A DNA stretch of 32,000 nt. Source: Sinorhizobium meliloti (GTDB taxonomy: Bacteria > Pseudomonadota > Alphaproteobacteria > Rhizobiales > Rhizobiaceae). The notes under the pieces were generated by a model. The model was not told the DNA's origin and searched no databases. It saw only the letters and a list, made by a program, of their open reading frames with translations. Below, in pieces: positions 6,798-15,800 of this stretch. The stretch lies in assembly GCF_017876815.1 (NCBI RefSeq), contig NZ_JAGIOS010000001.1, positions 720,001-752,000 on the forward strand. Direction: 5' to 3'. A program made the translations under genes and the position numbers. Every line of letters starts with the position of its first letter. The stretch's first letter is position 1.

Positions 6798-9338
6798 GTG
6801 GACAGGATCGATTCTCCGTCGCCGGAAGGCGACGCCCTGACGTTGCCGGCACCCTTTCTCCGGTGGTTCGCCGAAAAGGGTTGGCGTCCGCGCGCCCATC
6901 AGCTCGAACTTCTGTCACGCGCCGAGGCGGGCGAGAGCACGCTTCTGATCGCGCCGACCGGAGCCGGCAAAACGCTCGCCGGCTTTCTGCCTTCGCTCGT
7001 CGACATCACCAGGCGCGGCAGGATCCCGCCCGGCGCGCCCTTCACCGGCATCCACACGCTCTACATCTCGCCGCTCAAGGCGCTTGCCGTCGACATCGAG
7101 CGCAACCTCATGAAACCGGTCGGCGAGATGGGGCTGCCGGTGAGTATCGAAAACCGTACCGGCGACACGCCGCAGGGCAAGCGGCAGAGGCAGAAGCTCA
7201 ACCCGCCCGACATACTGCTCACGACACCGGAGCAGCTCGCGCTGCTTCTGGCCAATGGCGAGGCGGAGCGCTTCTTCAAGGACCTGCGCTATGTGGTTCT
7301 GGACGAGCTGCACTCGCTGGTGATGTCGAAGCGCGGCCATCTCCTATCGCTCGGCCTCGCGCGGCTGCGCCGCCTGGCGCCCCGTCTCCAGACGATGGGG
7401 CTTTCGGCTACGGTCGCCGATCCGATGGATCTGCAGCGCTGGCTGGTCGCTCAATTTCTCGCCAAGGAGAACCATGCGGGGCTGATCACCGTTTCCGGGG
7501 GCGCAAAGCCCGAGATCTCCATCCTGCGGACCGAGAACCAGGTGCCTTGGGCCGGGCATTCGGCGCGTTATGCAATCCCGGACGTCTACGCCGCCATCAA
7601 GGAACACCGAACGACGCTGCTCTTCGTCAACACCCGCAGCCAGGCCGAGATGCTGTTCCAGGAACTCTGGAAGATCAACGACGACGATCTGCCGATCGCT
7701 CTGCACCACGGCTCTCTCGATGTCGCCCAGCGCCGCAGGGTCGAGGCGGCAATGGCCGAAAACCGTCTGCGCGCCGTCGTCGCCACGTCGACCCTAGATC
7801 TCGGCATCGACTGGGGCGACGTCGATCTGGTCGTCCATGTCGGAGCGCCGAAGGGAGCAAGCCGGCTTGCGCAACGCATCGGCCGCGCCAACCACCGCAT
7901 GGACGAACCGAGCCGCGCCATCCTGGTTCCGGCCAACCGTTTCGAGGTCATGGAGTGCCAGGCGGCGCTCGACGCCAATTACGTCGGCGCTCAGGACACG
8001 CCGTCGATCGGCAAGGGTGCGCTCGACGTGCTGGCGCAGCACATCCTCGGCATGGCCTGCGCGCAGCCTTTCGATGCGCTGGAACTCTATGAAGAGGTGA
8101 TCAGCGCCGCGCCCTATGCCCGGCTTGCCTGGGAAACCTTCGAGCGGGCCGTCGATCTCGTCGCCACAGGCGGCTATGCCCTCCGCACCTATGAGCGCTA
8201 TGCCCGCATCCGAAAGACGAAGGACGGGCTCTGGCGGGTCTCCAACCCGATGGTTGCGCAGCAATACCGCCTCAATGTCGGAACGATCGTCGAGTCGCCG
8301 ATGCTGAACATCCGCATGGTCAAGCGCAACCAGCGCGGTTCGCTTGGCCGCGGCGGCATGTCGCTCGGCAAAGTCGAGGAATCGTTCCTCGAAATGCTTT
8401 CACCGGGCGACACCTTCCTCTTTTCCGGCAAGGTGCTGCGCTTCGAAGGCATCCGCGAGAACGAGTGCCTGGTTTCGCAGGCCTTTTCCTTCGATCCCAA
8501 GGTGCCGAGTTATGCCGGCGGCAAGTTTCCGCTCTCCACCTATCTCGCAGCACAGGTAAGAAAGATGCTCGCCGATCCGGCGCGCCGCGCCGGTCTGCCC
8601 GACCAGGTCAGGGACTGGCTGGCGCTGCAGGGCGACGTGTCGATGCTTCCGCGCGACGACGAACTCCTGATCGAGACCTTCCCGCGGGGCAGCCGGCACT
8701 ACATGGTCATCTACGCCTTCGAAGGCAGGCTCGCCCACCAGACGCTCGGCATGCTCCTTACCCGCCGTCTCGACCGTGCCGGCCTGAAGCCGCTCGGCTT
8801 CGTCGCGACCGACTATTCGCTCGCCGTCTGGGCGCTCGACGACATGGGCGCGGCGTTCCGGGCGCGGGCGCCGTCGCTCGGCCAGCTCTTCGACGAGGAT
8901 ATGCTGGGCGACGATCTGGAGGCGTGGCTGAACGAATCCTTCCTCCTGAAACGTACCTTCCGCAATTGCGCGGTCATCGCCGGACTAATCGAGCAGCGCC
9001 ACCCCGGCAGGGAGAAGACCGGGCGGCAGATAACCGTTTCCGCCGACCTCATTTACGACGTATTGCGCGCGCACGAGCCGGATCACATTCTCCTCGAGGC
9101 GACGCGCAATGATGCGGCCACGGGACTTTTGGACATCGGCCGCCTCGGCTCCATGCTCAAGCGGATCAAGGGCCATATCACCCACCGCAGGCTCGATCAG
9201 ATCTCGCCGCTTGCCATACCAGTCATGCTGGAGATCGGGCGGGAATCGGTGCATGGAGAAGCACAGGACTTCCTGCTCACGGAAGCGGCCGACGATCTGA
9301 TCAACGAGGCGATGGGCGGTCACGGTACGGATGGATGA
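6798..9338 (+). CDS. Lhr-like (ligase-associated type) DEXH-box DNA damage response helicase
   Basis: FLRWFAEKGWRPRAHQ...LIAPTGAGKTLAGFLP (motif I), VVLDELHSL (DEXH), GLSAT, then the helicase C domain (VATSTLDLGIDWG...QRIGRANH) and a long Lhr-type C-terminal region. No in-frame ATG lies near the N-terminus. The start is GTG at 6798 or TTG at 6843. The track ORF 5' extension (6477-6797) overlaps rrf2 and was rejected. Confidence 0.85.
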   Translation: MDRIDSPSPEGDALTLPAPFLRWFAEKGWRPRAHQLELLSRAEAGESTLLIAPTGAGKTLAGFLPSLVDITRRGRIPPGAPFTGIHTLYISPLKALAVDIERNLMKPVGEMGLPVSIENRTGDTPQGKRQRQKLNPPDILLTTPEQLALLLANGEAERFFKDLRYVVLDELHSLVMSKRGHLLSLGLARLRRLAPRLQTMGLSATVADPMDLQRWLVAQFLAKENHAGLITVSGGAKPEISILRTENQVPWAGHSARYAIPDVYAAIKEHRTTLLFVNTRSQAEMLFQELWKINDDDLPIALHHGSLDVAQRRRVEAAMAENRLRAVVATSTLDLGIDWGDVDLVVHVGAPKGASRLAQRIGRANHRMDEPSRAILVPANRFEVMECQAALDANYVGAQDTPSIGKGALDVLAQHILGMACAQPFDALELYEEVISAAPYARLAWETFERAVDLVATGGYALRTYERYARIRKTKDGLWRVSNPMVAQQYRLNVGTIVESPMLNIRMVKRNQRGSLGRGGMSLGKVEESFLEMLSPGDTFLFSGKVLRFEGIRENECLVSQAFSFDPKVPSYAGGKFPLSTYLAAQVRKMLADPARRAGLPDQVRDWLALQGDVSMLPRDDELLIETFPRGSRHYMVIYAFEGRLAHQTLGMLLTRRLDRAGLKPLGFVATDYSLAVWALDDMGAAFRARAPSLGQLFDEDMLGDDLEAWLNESFLLKRTFRNCAVIAGLIEQRHPGREKTGRQITVSADLIYDVLRAHEPDHILLEATRNDAATGLLDIGRLGSMLKRIKGHITHRRLDQISPLAIPVMLEIGRESVHGEAQDFLLTEAADDLINEAMGGHGTDG

Positions 9339-9413
9339 GAGAACTATGAGAGAGCGAAAATCCTCTGATCCCTGTCGGACCCCTCCGCGGCGCCCCTCAT
9401 CCGCCTGCCGGCA

Positions 9414-9439
9414 CCTTCTCCCCGCAGGCGGGGAGAAGG
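9414..9439. repeat. REP-like GC-rich palindromic unit 1
   Basis: CCTTCTCCCCGC-ag-GCGGGGAGAAGG has 12-nt perfect arms. It lies inside the 243-bp helicase-PdeM spacer. Confidence 0.7.
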
Positions 9440-9494
9440 GACCCGCGGCAAGCGCCGCCACTACCGTTTTCACCGGCGTATCGTGGGGCACGTC

Positions 9495-9534
9495 CCCTCT
9501 CCCCGCATGCGGGGAGAGGGTTAGGGTGAGGGGC
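9495..9534. repeat. REP-like GC-rich palindromic unit 2 with a GGGTGAGGGG tail
   Basis: CCCTCTCCCCGCATGCGGGGAGAGGG is a perfect 26-bp palindrome (9495-9520), followed by TTAGGGTGAGGGGC. It shares the core CTCCCCGC...GCGGGGAG with unit 1. Confidence 0.7.
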
Positions 9535-9581
9535 AAACCCGAGGAAAGAAGCCTTTCTCGCCCACTCACAAGAACACCGCA

Positions 9582-10310
9582 ATGACCATGCATCGGCTCA
9601 TCTACGCGACATCACCTGCCGTCAACCCATCCCTGCACGCGCGCACGTCCATCAATGGAGTCGCCGCGATCTGCGATCCGCTCGGCGGTCTCTACTTTCC
9701 CGAAAGCCGGACGCTCGTCGTATCCGACCTCCATCTCGAAAAAGGCTCCGCCTTTGCCCGGCGCGGCATGATGCTGCCTCCCTACGATACGCTTGCGACG
9801 CTCCGGATATTGGATGCGGTCATCGCCCGCCACGACCCCGCGACGGTCATCAGCCTCGGCGACAATTTCCACGACCGGAAGGGATCGGCTGCAATGCCGG
9901 AAACCTTCCGCCAGATGATCGCGGCCATGGCCTGTGGCCGCGAATGGATATGGATCAACGGCAATCATGATCCGGACGGCGCACAGGGGCTGCCCGGCGC
10001 CTCCATGGACGAGCTCCGCCACGCGGGCCTGGTCTTCCGGCACGAACCTTCGAGACGCGACGGGATCGGCGAGATCGCCGGCCACCTGCATCCCTCGGCG
10101 ACGGTGAGGCGGCGGGAAAGATCGGTGAGGCGCGCCTGCTTCGCGACCGACGGCAAGCGCCTCGTCATGCCTGCTTTCGGGGTCACGACGGGAGGTCTCG
10201 ACCTCAGGCACCGTGAGATGAGCGGCCTCTTCGACCGGCAGCAGCTCGTCGCCCACATGCTCGGCCGCGACCGGATCTATTCGGTGCGCTTCGCCAACCT
10301 TCTCGGGTGA
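9582..10310 (+). CDS. pdeM: Ligase-associated DNA damage response metallophosphoesterase/endonuclease PdeM (MPE)
   Basis: LVVSDLHLEKGSAFARRG...LPPYDT...VISLGDNFHD...WINGNHD...GHLHP are calcineurin-like phosphoesterase motifs in the PdeM arrangement. The gene sits immediately downstream of the Lhr-like helicase. Confidence 0.85.
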   Translation: MTMHRLIYATSPAVNPSLHARTSINGVAAICDPLGGLYFPESRTLVVSDLHLEKGSAFARRGMMLPPYDTLATLRILDAVIARHDPATVISLGDNFHDRKGSAAMPETFRQMIAAMACGREWIWINGNHDPDGAQGLPGASMDELRHAGLVFRHEPSRRDGIGEIAGHLHPSATVRRRERSVRRACFATDGKRLVMPAFGVTTGGLDLRHREMSGLFDRQQLVAHMLGRDRIYSVRFANLLG

Positions 10311-10432
10311 GGTTGGAGCACTTCCAGGAAAAGTGTGTAACGGTTTTCCGTCCGGAAGTGCGTAGTTTCGAAAAGGGTTGGAGCGGGGTGCGGGCGGAAA
10401 ACCGCCCACACTTTTCCTCACCCCGCTCTCTA
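10311..10432. repeat. Mosaic intergenic repeat (RIME-like) made of two hairpin units
   Basis: It fills the whole PdeM-stop to RAM-gene-stop gap. GGTTGGAGC is a direct repeat at 10311 and 10376. Hairpins are CACTTCC...GGAAGTG (10319-10360) and GAGCGGGGTG...CACCCCGCTC (10381-10428). The reverse complement of 10376-10432 matches 23491-23545, with only 2 mismatches over the roughly 40-nt core. Confidence 0.7.
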
Positions 10433-10666
10433 GAACGCGTTGAAAGTCAGCGTCGTCAGCGAGCGAGAGATGCCGGGAACCGTGGCGATATTGTCGTTGA
10501 TGAACTTTCCGATGTCCTGGCCTTCCTCGACGTAGACCTTCAGAAGCAGATCATAGTCACCGCTGGTCGAATACATCTCCGAGACGATCTCCTTGCGGTA
10601 AATCTCGTCGGCCACCTCATAGGTCTTGCCGGGGGCGCATTGCAGTTGCACGAAAATCGGTTTCAT
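10430..10666 (-). CDS. Stand-alone Lrp/AsnC ligand-binding (RAM) domain protein, 78 aa, with no HTH
   Basis: MKPIFVQLQCAPGKTYEVADEIYRKEIVSEMYSTSGDYDLLLKVYVEEGQDIGKFINDNIATVPGISRSLTTLTFNAF is the typical AsnC_trans_reg/RAM fold sequence without a DNA-binding domain. Confidence 0.8.
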   Translation of the reverse strand: MKPIFVQLQCAPGKTYEVADEIYRKEIVSEMYSTSGDYDLLLKVYVEEGQDIGKFINDNIATVPGISRSLTTLTFNAF

Positions 10667-10732
10667 GGGGTTTCCTCAAGTTTCGCATCGTTCGCCGCCG
10701 ATGCCCGTGCTTCCTTAAACCGCCATAACGCA

Positions 10733-10754
10733 AAATGGAACGCCAACTCCATTT
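10733..10754 (-). terminator. Weak candidate intrinsic terminator after the TauE-TIGR02186 pair
   Basis: On the minus strand AAATGGA-gttggcgt-TCCATTT is followed by TGCGTT, starting 10 nt after the stop. The stem is AT-rich and only 7 bp, so support is weak. Confidence 0.3.
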
Positions 10755-10764
10755 GCCGGCTCCC

Positions 10765-11568
10765 TCACTCCTTGCGGAAGAGCAGGCTGGCACCCCAGCC
10801 GGTGACGACGGCGAGGGTTACGGCCAGGAGGCCGTAGATCACCGGCTGGTCGTGGGCGGCGCGGGTAATCGCCTGTTCGAGGCCGGTCTTCACCACCCTG
10901 AGCGGAAGAGCCTTGGCGGCGACGAAGACGCCATCGCGGAAGAGATAGGCGCGTACGACATGGATGCCGTTCGGGACGTTGGCCGGCAGCCGCACCGAGG
11001 CCTTGAACAGGCTCGAACTGATGAACTGCACCCCGCCCGGATCCCGCTGATAGACGCCGCTCGTCTCGCGAATCCTCCGGAAGGCGTTGCGGAACTCGCC
11101 GAGCGTGCTGCCGTCGCCGACGAAGCCGAGCGGCACCAGGCGCATGTGGTCGACGCCGATGCCCATATTGGCGATGTCGCGCCGCGGCGCGATCGTCTCG
11201 ATGGCGCGGGTACTCGAAAGCGAGTAGGCCTCCGGCACGAGCTCGAAGGTCATCGACTGGGTATTGACCCAGATACCGAATACCCGCTCCTTCTTTCGCA
11301 CCGTCGCATTGTCCTTCGGCCCTTCCAGCGCGACGATGATATTGTATTTGCCCTGCGCCAGGAGGCTGGGGTCGAAACCATCGATGGCGCCGAAGATCGT
11401 CAGGTCGGCGCCGCGGAAATCGGAGGTGATGGCAATCTCTTCCGTCGAGATGCCGATCTCGAGCTTCTCGGTGAAGTCGGTGACCTGGCGCTCCAGAACC
11501 TGCGCTGCGGCCGGGGTGGCGACGGCGAGAACCAGGGCGACGAGCGAGTGAAGGAGAAGCGAGCGCAT
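10765..11568 (-). CDS. TIGR02186 family protein: signal peptide, large extracytoplasmic domain, C-terminal TM anchor
   Basis: MRSLLLHSLVALVLAVATPAAAQ... is the signal peptide. ...DQPVIYGLLAVTLAVVTGWGASLLFRKE is the C-terminal TM helix. The sequence style and its position after a DUF81/TauE gene match the TIGR02186 family. The start overlaps the TauE stop (TGATG). The longer track ORF (to 12234) was rejected. Confidence 0.8.
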   Translation of the reverse strand: MRSLLLHSLVALVLAVATPAAAQVLERQVTDFTEKLEIGISTEEIAITSDFRGADLTIFGAIDGFDPSLLAQGKYNIIVALEGPKDNATVRKKERVFGIWVNTQSMTFELVPEAYSLSSTRAIETIAPRRDIANMGIGVDHMRLVPLGFVGDGSTLGEFRNAFRRIRETSGVYQRDPGGVQFISSSLFKASVRLPANVPNGIHVVRAYLFRDGVFVAAKALPLRVVKTGLEQAITRAAHDQPVIYGLLAVTLAVVTGWGASLLFRKE

Positions 11569-12494
11569 CAGAAGCCTGCCGCCGCGGATACGACCGAGTA
11601 AATGTCCTTCGGCGGTATGACGAGCTCGACCGCCAGGCGGATGCCGACGGCGAGAACGAGCAGCGCCAGCAGTGCCCTGAGCTGCTCGCCGCGCAGCCGC
11701 TGGCCGACGCGCACGCCAAATTGCGCACCGATGACGCCGGCGATCATCAGCACGAAGGCCAGCACGATGTCGACGGTGTAGTTGGTCGAGGCCTGGACGA
11801 TCACCGTATAGGCGGAGACGAAGACGATCTGGAAGAGCGAGGTGCCCACGACGACGCTGGTCGGGATGCGCAACAGATAGATCATGGCCGGCACCATGAT
11901 GAAGCCGCCGCCGACGCCCATCACCGAGGTCAGCACGCCGATGGAAAAGCCGAGCGTCGCCACGGGGATGACACTCAGATAGATCTTCGACTTCTTGAAG
12001 CGCATCTTCAGCGGCAGGCCGTGGATCCAATTGTGCTGCCCGGGCCGCCTGAGCTGCGCCGGCTGGTTCTTCGCCGCCTTGCGCATGGCGCCGATGCTCT
12101 CCCACAGCATCAGCGCGCCGACCGAGCCGAGAAGTACCACGTAAAGCAGCGAGATCACCAGATCGAGCTGGCCGATGCTCCTGAGCAGCGAGAACAGCCA
12201 GACGCCGACGGTCGCGCCCACAAGGCCGCCGCACAGGAGCACCGTGCCGAGCTTGATATCGATGGTGCCGCGGCGGAAATGGGCGATCGCCCCTGATATC
12301 GACGAGGCGACCACCTGGTTGGCGCCGGTCGCCACCGCCACGACGGGCGGAATATTGTAGAAGATCAGGAGCGGCGTGATCAGAAACCCGCCGCCGACGC
12401 CGAACATGCCGGACAGAAAACCGACGGCCGCGCCCATGCCGAGAATGATGAAGATGTTCACCGACAACTCAGCAATGGGCAGATAGACCGTCAC
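11568..12494 (-). CDS. Sulfite exporter TauE/SafE (DUF81) family membrane protein
   Basis: It carries two internal repeats with the family motif, GMFGVGGGFLITPLL and SVMGVGGGFIMVPAM, and has 8-9 TM helices. GTG at 12494 is preferred because a GAGGTG Shine-Dalgarno lies upstream. The alternative ATG at 12551 adds a non-hydrophobic 19-aa extension. Confidence 0.85.
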   Translation of the reverse strand: MTVYLPIAELSVNIFIILGMGAAVGFLSGMFGVGGGFLITPLLIFYNIPPVVAVATGANQVVASSISGAIAHFRRGTIDIKLGTVLLCGGLVGATVGVWLFSLLRSIGQLDLVISLLYVVLLGSVGALMLWESIGAMRKAAKNQPAQLRRPGQHNWIHGLPLKMRFKKSKIYLSVIPVATLGFSIGVLTSVMGVGGGFIMVPAMIYLLRIPTSVVVGTSLFQIVFVSAYTVIVQASTNYTVDIVLAFVLMIAGVIGAQFGVRVGQRLRGEQLRALLALLVLAVGIRLAVELVIPPKDIYSVVSAAAGF

Positions 12495-12546
12495 GGCCGC
12501 ACCTCGATATGCCAGCGGCCCGCAGTGCGGGCGGAAATTGCTCCTC

Positions 12547-12581
12547 CACAATTCCTAACCGCAAACAATTGAGGAATTGTG
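12547..12581. promoter_or_regulatory. Inverted repeat upstream of the TauE operon, candidate operator
   Basis: CACAATTCCT-n15-AGGAATTGTG has 10-bp perfect arms in an AT-rich patch 53-87 nt upstream of the GTG start. A second 15-bp palindrome, GCCCGCA-g-TGCGGGC, lies at 12518-12532 in the leader. Confidence 0.35.
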
Positions 12582-12831
12582 CAATGTTTCACTATTCTCA
12601 AGCTTCACGCGCCCGAAGAGGCGCACGGCGCTATCCTTCGAAGTGGTACATGATCAACCACGGACGGGGATGTATTGGTGGACCGTTCGCGCCCCTGAGG
12701 GAGAAACGGGCGACACTTTCTCTCATGCGCTCCCGGGCCAGAGCTGTCAACCTTTTCAGGGACATGCGCGGCCCCGCAGGCACGCCTGCGGCCTTATGGC
12801 ACCACGACATGCGCGGAACCGCTGAAACGGT

Positions 12832-15800
12832 TCAGCTGTTCCGCTTCAAAAGCTCCCGGACCAGCCCATCGGTGATCTCACCGGTCGGCTCCTGGCCGAC
12901 CGATTTCTGAAAGGCCTTGATGGCGGCAGTCGTCTTCTGGCCTACCTGGCCGTCCGGCTTGCCGGCATCGAAGCCGTTATTGTTGAGGATTGCCTGGATG
13001 TTGCGAACGGCTCTGGTCATATCGACGGTGGCCGTCTTGGTCGGTGGACCGACCCAGGCATCCGGAACCTCCACCGTGTTCGCCTCGGCGTCGAGAGGCT
13101 GAGCCTTCCAGGCGTCGACTTTTGCCTTGGCACTCGAAAGCTCCTCGGGCTTCAGCGCCTTGGCGATCTCGTCGCGCTTTTCTGCCGCATCCTTGTCACC
13201 GTCGCGGGCCGCAATAGCGAACCATTTGTAGGAATCTTCCAGATTTCGGGCCAGACCGTCGCCCCGCGCATAGAGGACGGCGAGGTTGAACTGGCTGTCG
13301 CGAACGCCGAGATTGGCGGCTTTCTCGAACCATTTGGCCGCTTCGGCGAGATCCGGCGCGCCGTCCCGGCCGCCGGCGAGCATGACGGCGAGATTGTGGA
13401 TCGCACTGGCGTTGCCGGCCGCAGCCGCCTTGAGATAGAGCGCCTTGGCCTTTGCTGCGTCGCGCTGAACGCCCGCGCCCTTCTCATAAAGGTTGGCGAG
13501 CCGGTACTCGGCCGGTACCACGCCGGCGTCGGCGGCGCGCTGATACCATTTGACGGCTTCCGCCCGATCTTCCCCGACACCCCGCCCTTCCGTGAAGCGG
13601 GCGCCTATTTCGTAGAAGGCGAGAGGGTCGCCGCCCTTGGCCGCGGTTACGAGCGCGGGCGGTCCGAAGCCCTCCGGCAGAACGATCTCGCTCATCTTGG
13701 CCGGCTCAGCGGCTGAACTTTCTGAAGACGGCTGCAAGGTCGAGATGGGTCCAGGCGCTTGCGCCTCCGCCGGCCGCATCAAGGCCGCCTGGCCGTCGCC
13801 AGCGCCACCAATGGCCTCGTCAACCTTGCCGGCTTCGGCAGCGGCTGGCTGCGTTGGCGGTTGTTTTGCCGCTATCGCCGGCGCATCCGTCTTCTCCGCA
13901 CCGGCAGGAGCCCTAGGCTCTTCCCCAATCTTCGCGGTAGCTGCCGTTTGGACGACGCGGTCGACGGCGGCCTTCGGCTCCGCAACCTCTGCCCTGCGCT
14001 CGATCGCTGCAACCGGCGGAGCGCTCGGGGCCTCCTTGCCTTTCAGCACCGTGCTGACGAGCGGATAGGACATGATCGCGAGCAGCACGGCGCCGACCGC
14101 AATCAGGATCGGACGACGGTGGCGGGCGAGCGCGCCGCCGACGGCGGATGGCGCCTTGCTTTCCTTGACGCGGTTGAGCGTGTCGGATTCCTCGACGGCC
14201 AGCTGCGCCGCGCGCCGCGCGGCAGCGATGAAGTCCGCCTTTTCGCCCTCGTTCGCCTCCTGCGCGCCGCGGGCAATCTGACCGGCACGGACGCGCTCGA
14301 GGATCTTCTTGACGTCCGGCACGCCGGAGCCCGGCTCGAGGAGCTGATTGGCGTCCTCGGGAGCGAGCATTTCGGAGGGGTCGATCGAGGGGGCGGGCTC
14401 GACCATCTGCCGCGCCTGGATCGGCATTCCCTCGTTCTGCTTCGGCGCGAAGCGCCGGGTCAGACCGGCAAGCAGGCCCGTCTTCGCCGCACGGGCCTCC
14501 ACCTTGATCTCGCCGTCTTCGACCATTGCGACTTCGGCGGCATCATTCGCCTCAGCCGCGGCCGCCACCGGTGCGTGGATGGAGGTTTCGCTTTCGGCCG
14601 CGAGCGCGTGTGCCGCGCGTTCCACGTCCTCGTCGCGTTCCGCCTTCGTCAAAGTGCCCGCAGCTTCGAGGGGCGCAGCCTTGGGCATCGGTGCATGAGA
14701 AGCCGGGGGCTCCCGCTCTTCCAGCCGCTCCAGTTTCTCGGCGATATGGACGAGCGTTTCATGCAGCGCCTCGAAGGTGCGCGCGGTCCGTTCGTCGCTC
14801 GAACGGCTGAGTTCCTCCAATGTGCGCAGATCCTCCGCGAGCGCCGAGATGGCCGCCATGTCGGTACTCGCCGCCATCTGTGGTGCGGTGTTTCTGGAAT
14901 ATGCCTCCATCACCGCTTCCGCGGCCTGCCGGGCGGCCTCGATAATATATTCGTCGCTGGTCGCGAGATAGTCTTCCAGCGTATTCATGCGGCTCTCGAA
15001 TTCCGCGGGCACGCCTGCCGTCTCACCGTGGGACTGGCTGATCAGCGTCGAGAGATTTCCGATCTGAGCTTCGAGATTGCGCAGCGCCTGCCGGTCGTCG
15101 AAGGGCGCGGCATGCGTCTCCTCCAGGCGCTGGGCGATACCTGCCAAGCGATCCTCGAGGCGATCGAAGCGCGTGTCCGCCGAGGGCTCGACATTGCCCG
15201 CAAGCCCATCGATACGGCGGGCGAGATCGTCGAGGCGCTCAGCCAATGCATCGGTGATGCTGTCGCCCGAGAGGGCTTCGATCTTCCGGGAAATGTCGGC
15301 AAGACGATCTGTAAGATCCGGCTCCGCGCCTGGCCGGTTGTGCTCCAGCACCGCGGAAAGCTGGTCCAGGCGCTCTTCCAATCGGGCCGCCGCCTTCTCG
15401 CCGGCAAGGTCCTCTACGCGAGCTGCCAGCGCCTCGATCCGCGCGCCGAGGCCGGAATCGACAGGATTGGAGAGGGTGTCGATCTGCCGGGACAGATCGC
15501 CGAGCCTGTTCTCCAGACGATCAACGAATGAACCGTCGGTGCCGGCCACATTGCGGCTGCCGGCGGCGATCGCCCGGCTGATCTCATCGAGCCGCTTGTC
15601 GAGATCGGCGAATTGCGGGGCCAGGCGCCTCTCGTCCGGCTGGATCTGGCGTCCGAGCATCTCGATCGCCTGGGCGACCGCGACCAGCTTGCTCTCGAGG
15701 ACCTCGACTCCGGCGCCCCTGTCCAGGGAATTGATCTGCGCCTTGATCTCGTCGAGCCGGTAGGCGAGCGCGACCAGCTCATCGTCGCGGTTCTGGTCGA

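Noticed and set aside
9414-9534. Possible CRISPR array, based on repeated palindromic units
   Set aside because: There are only two units. They are not identical, they are separated by 55 bp of non-unique-looking sequence, and no cas genes are present. They fit REP-like intergenic palindromes instead.
10715-10729. TTAA-N7-TAAC, CtrA-like motif upstream of the RAM-domain gene
   Set aside because: The second half-site is degenerate, and this is a single occurrence in a short spacer. It is too weak to report as a site.
12577-12825. 82-aa and 133-aa plus-strand ORFs in the TauE/podJ spacer as possible small genes
   Set aside because: They have no Shine-Dalgarno, an Arg/His/Pro-rich composition and no recognisable motif. 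They overlap hairpins and repeats that are better explained as non-coding regulatory or 3' end structures.
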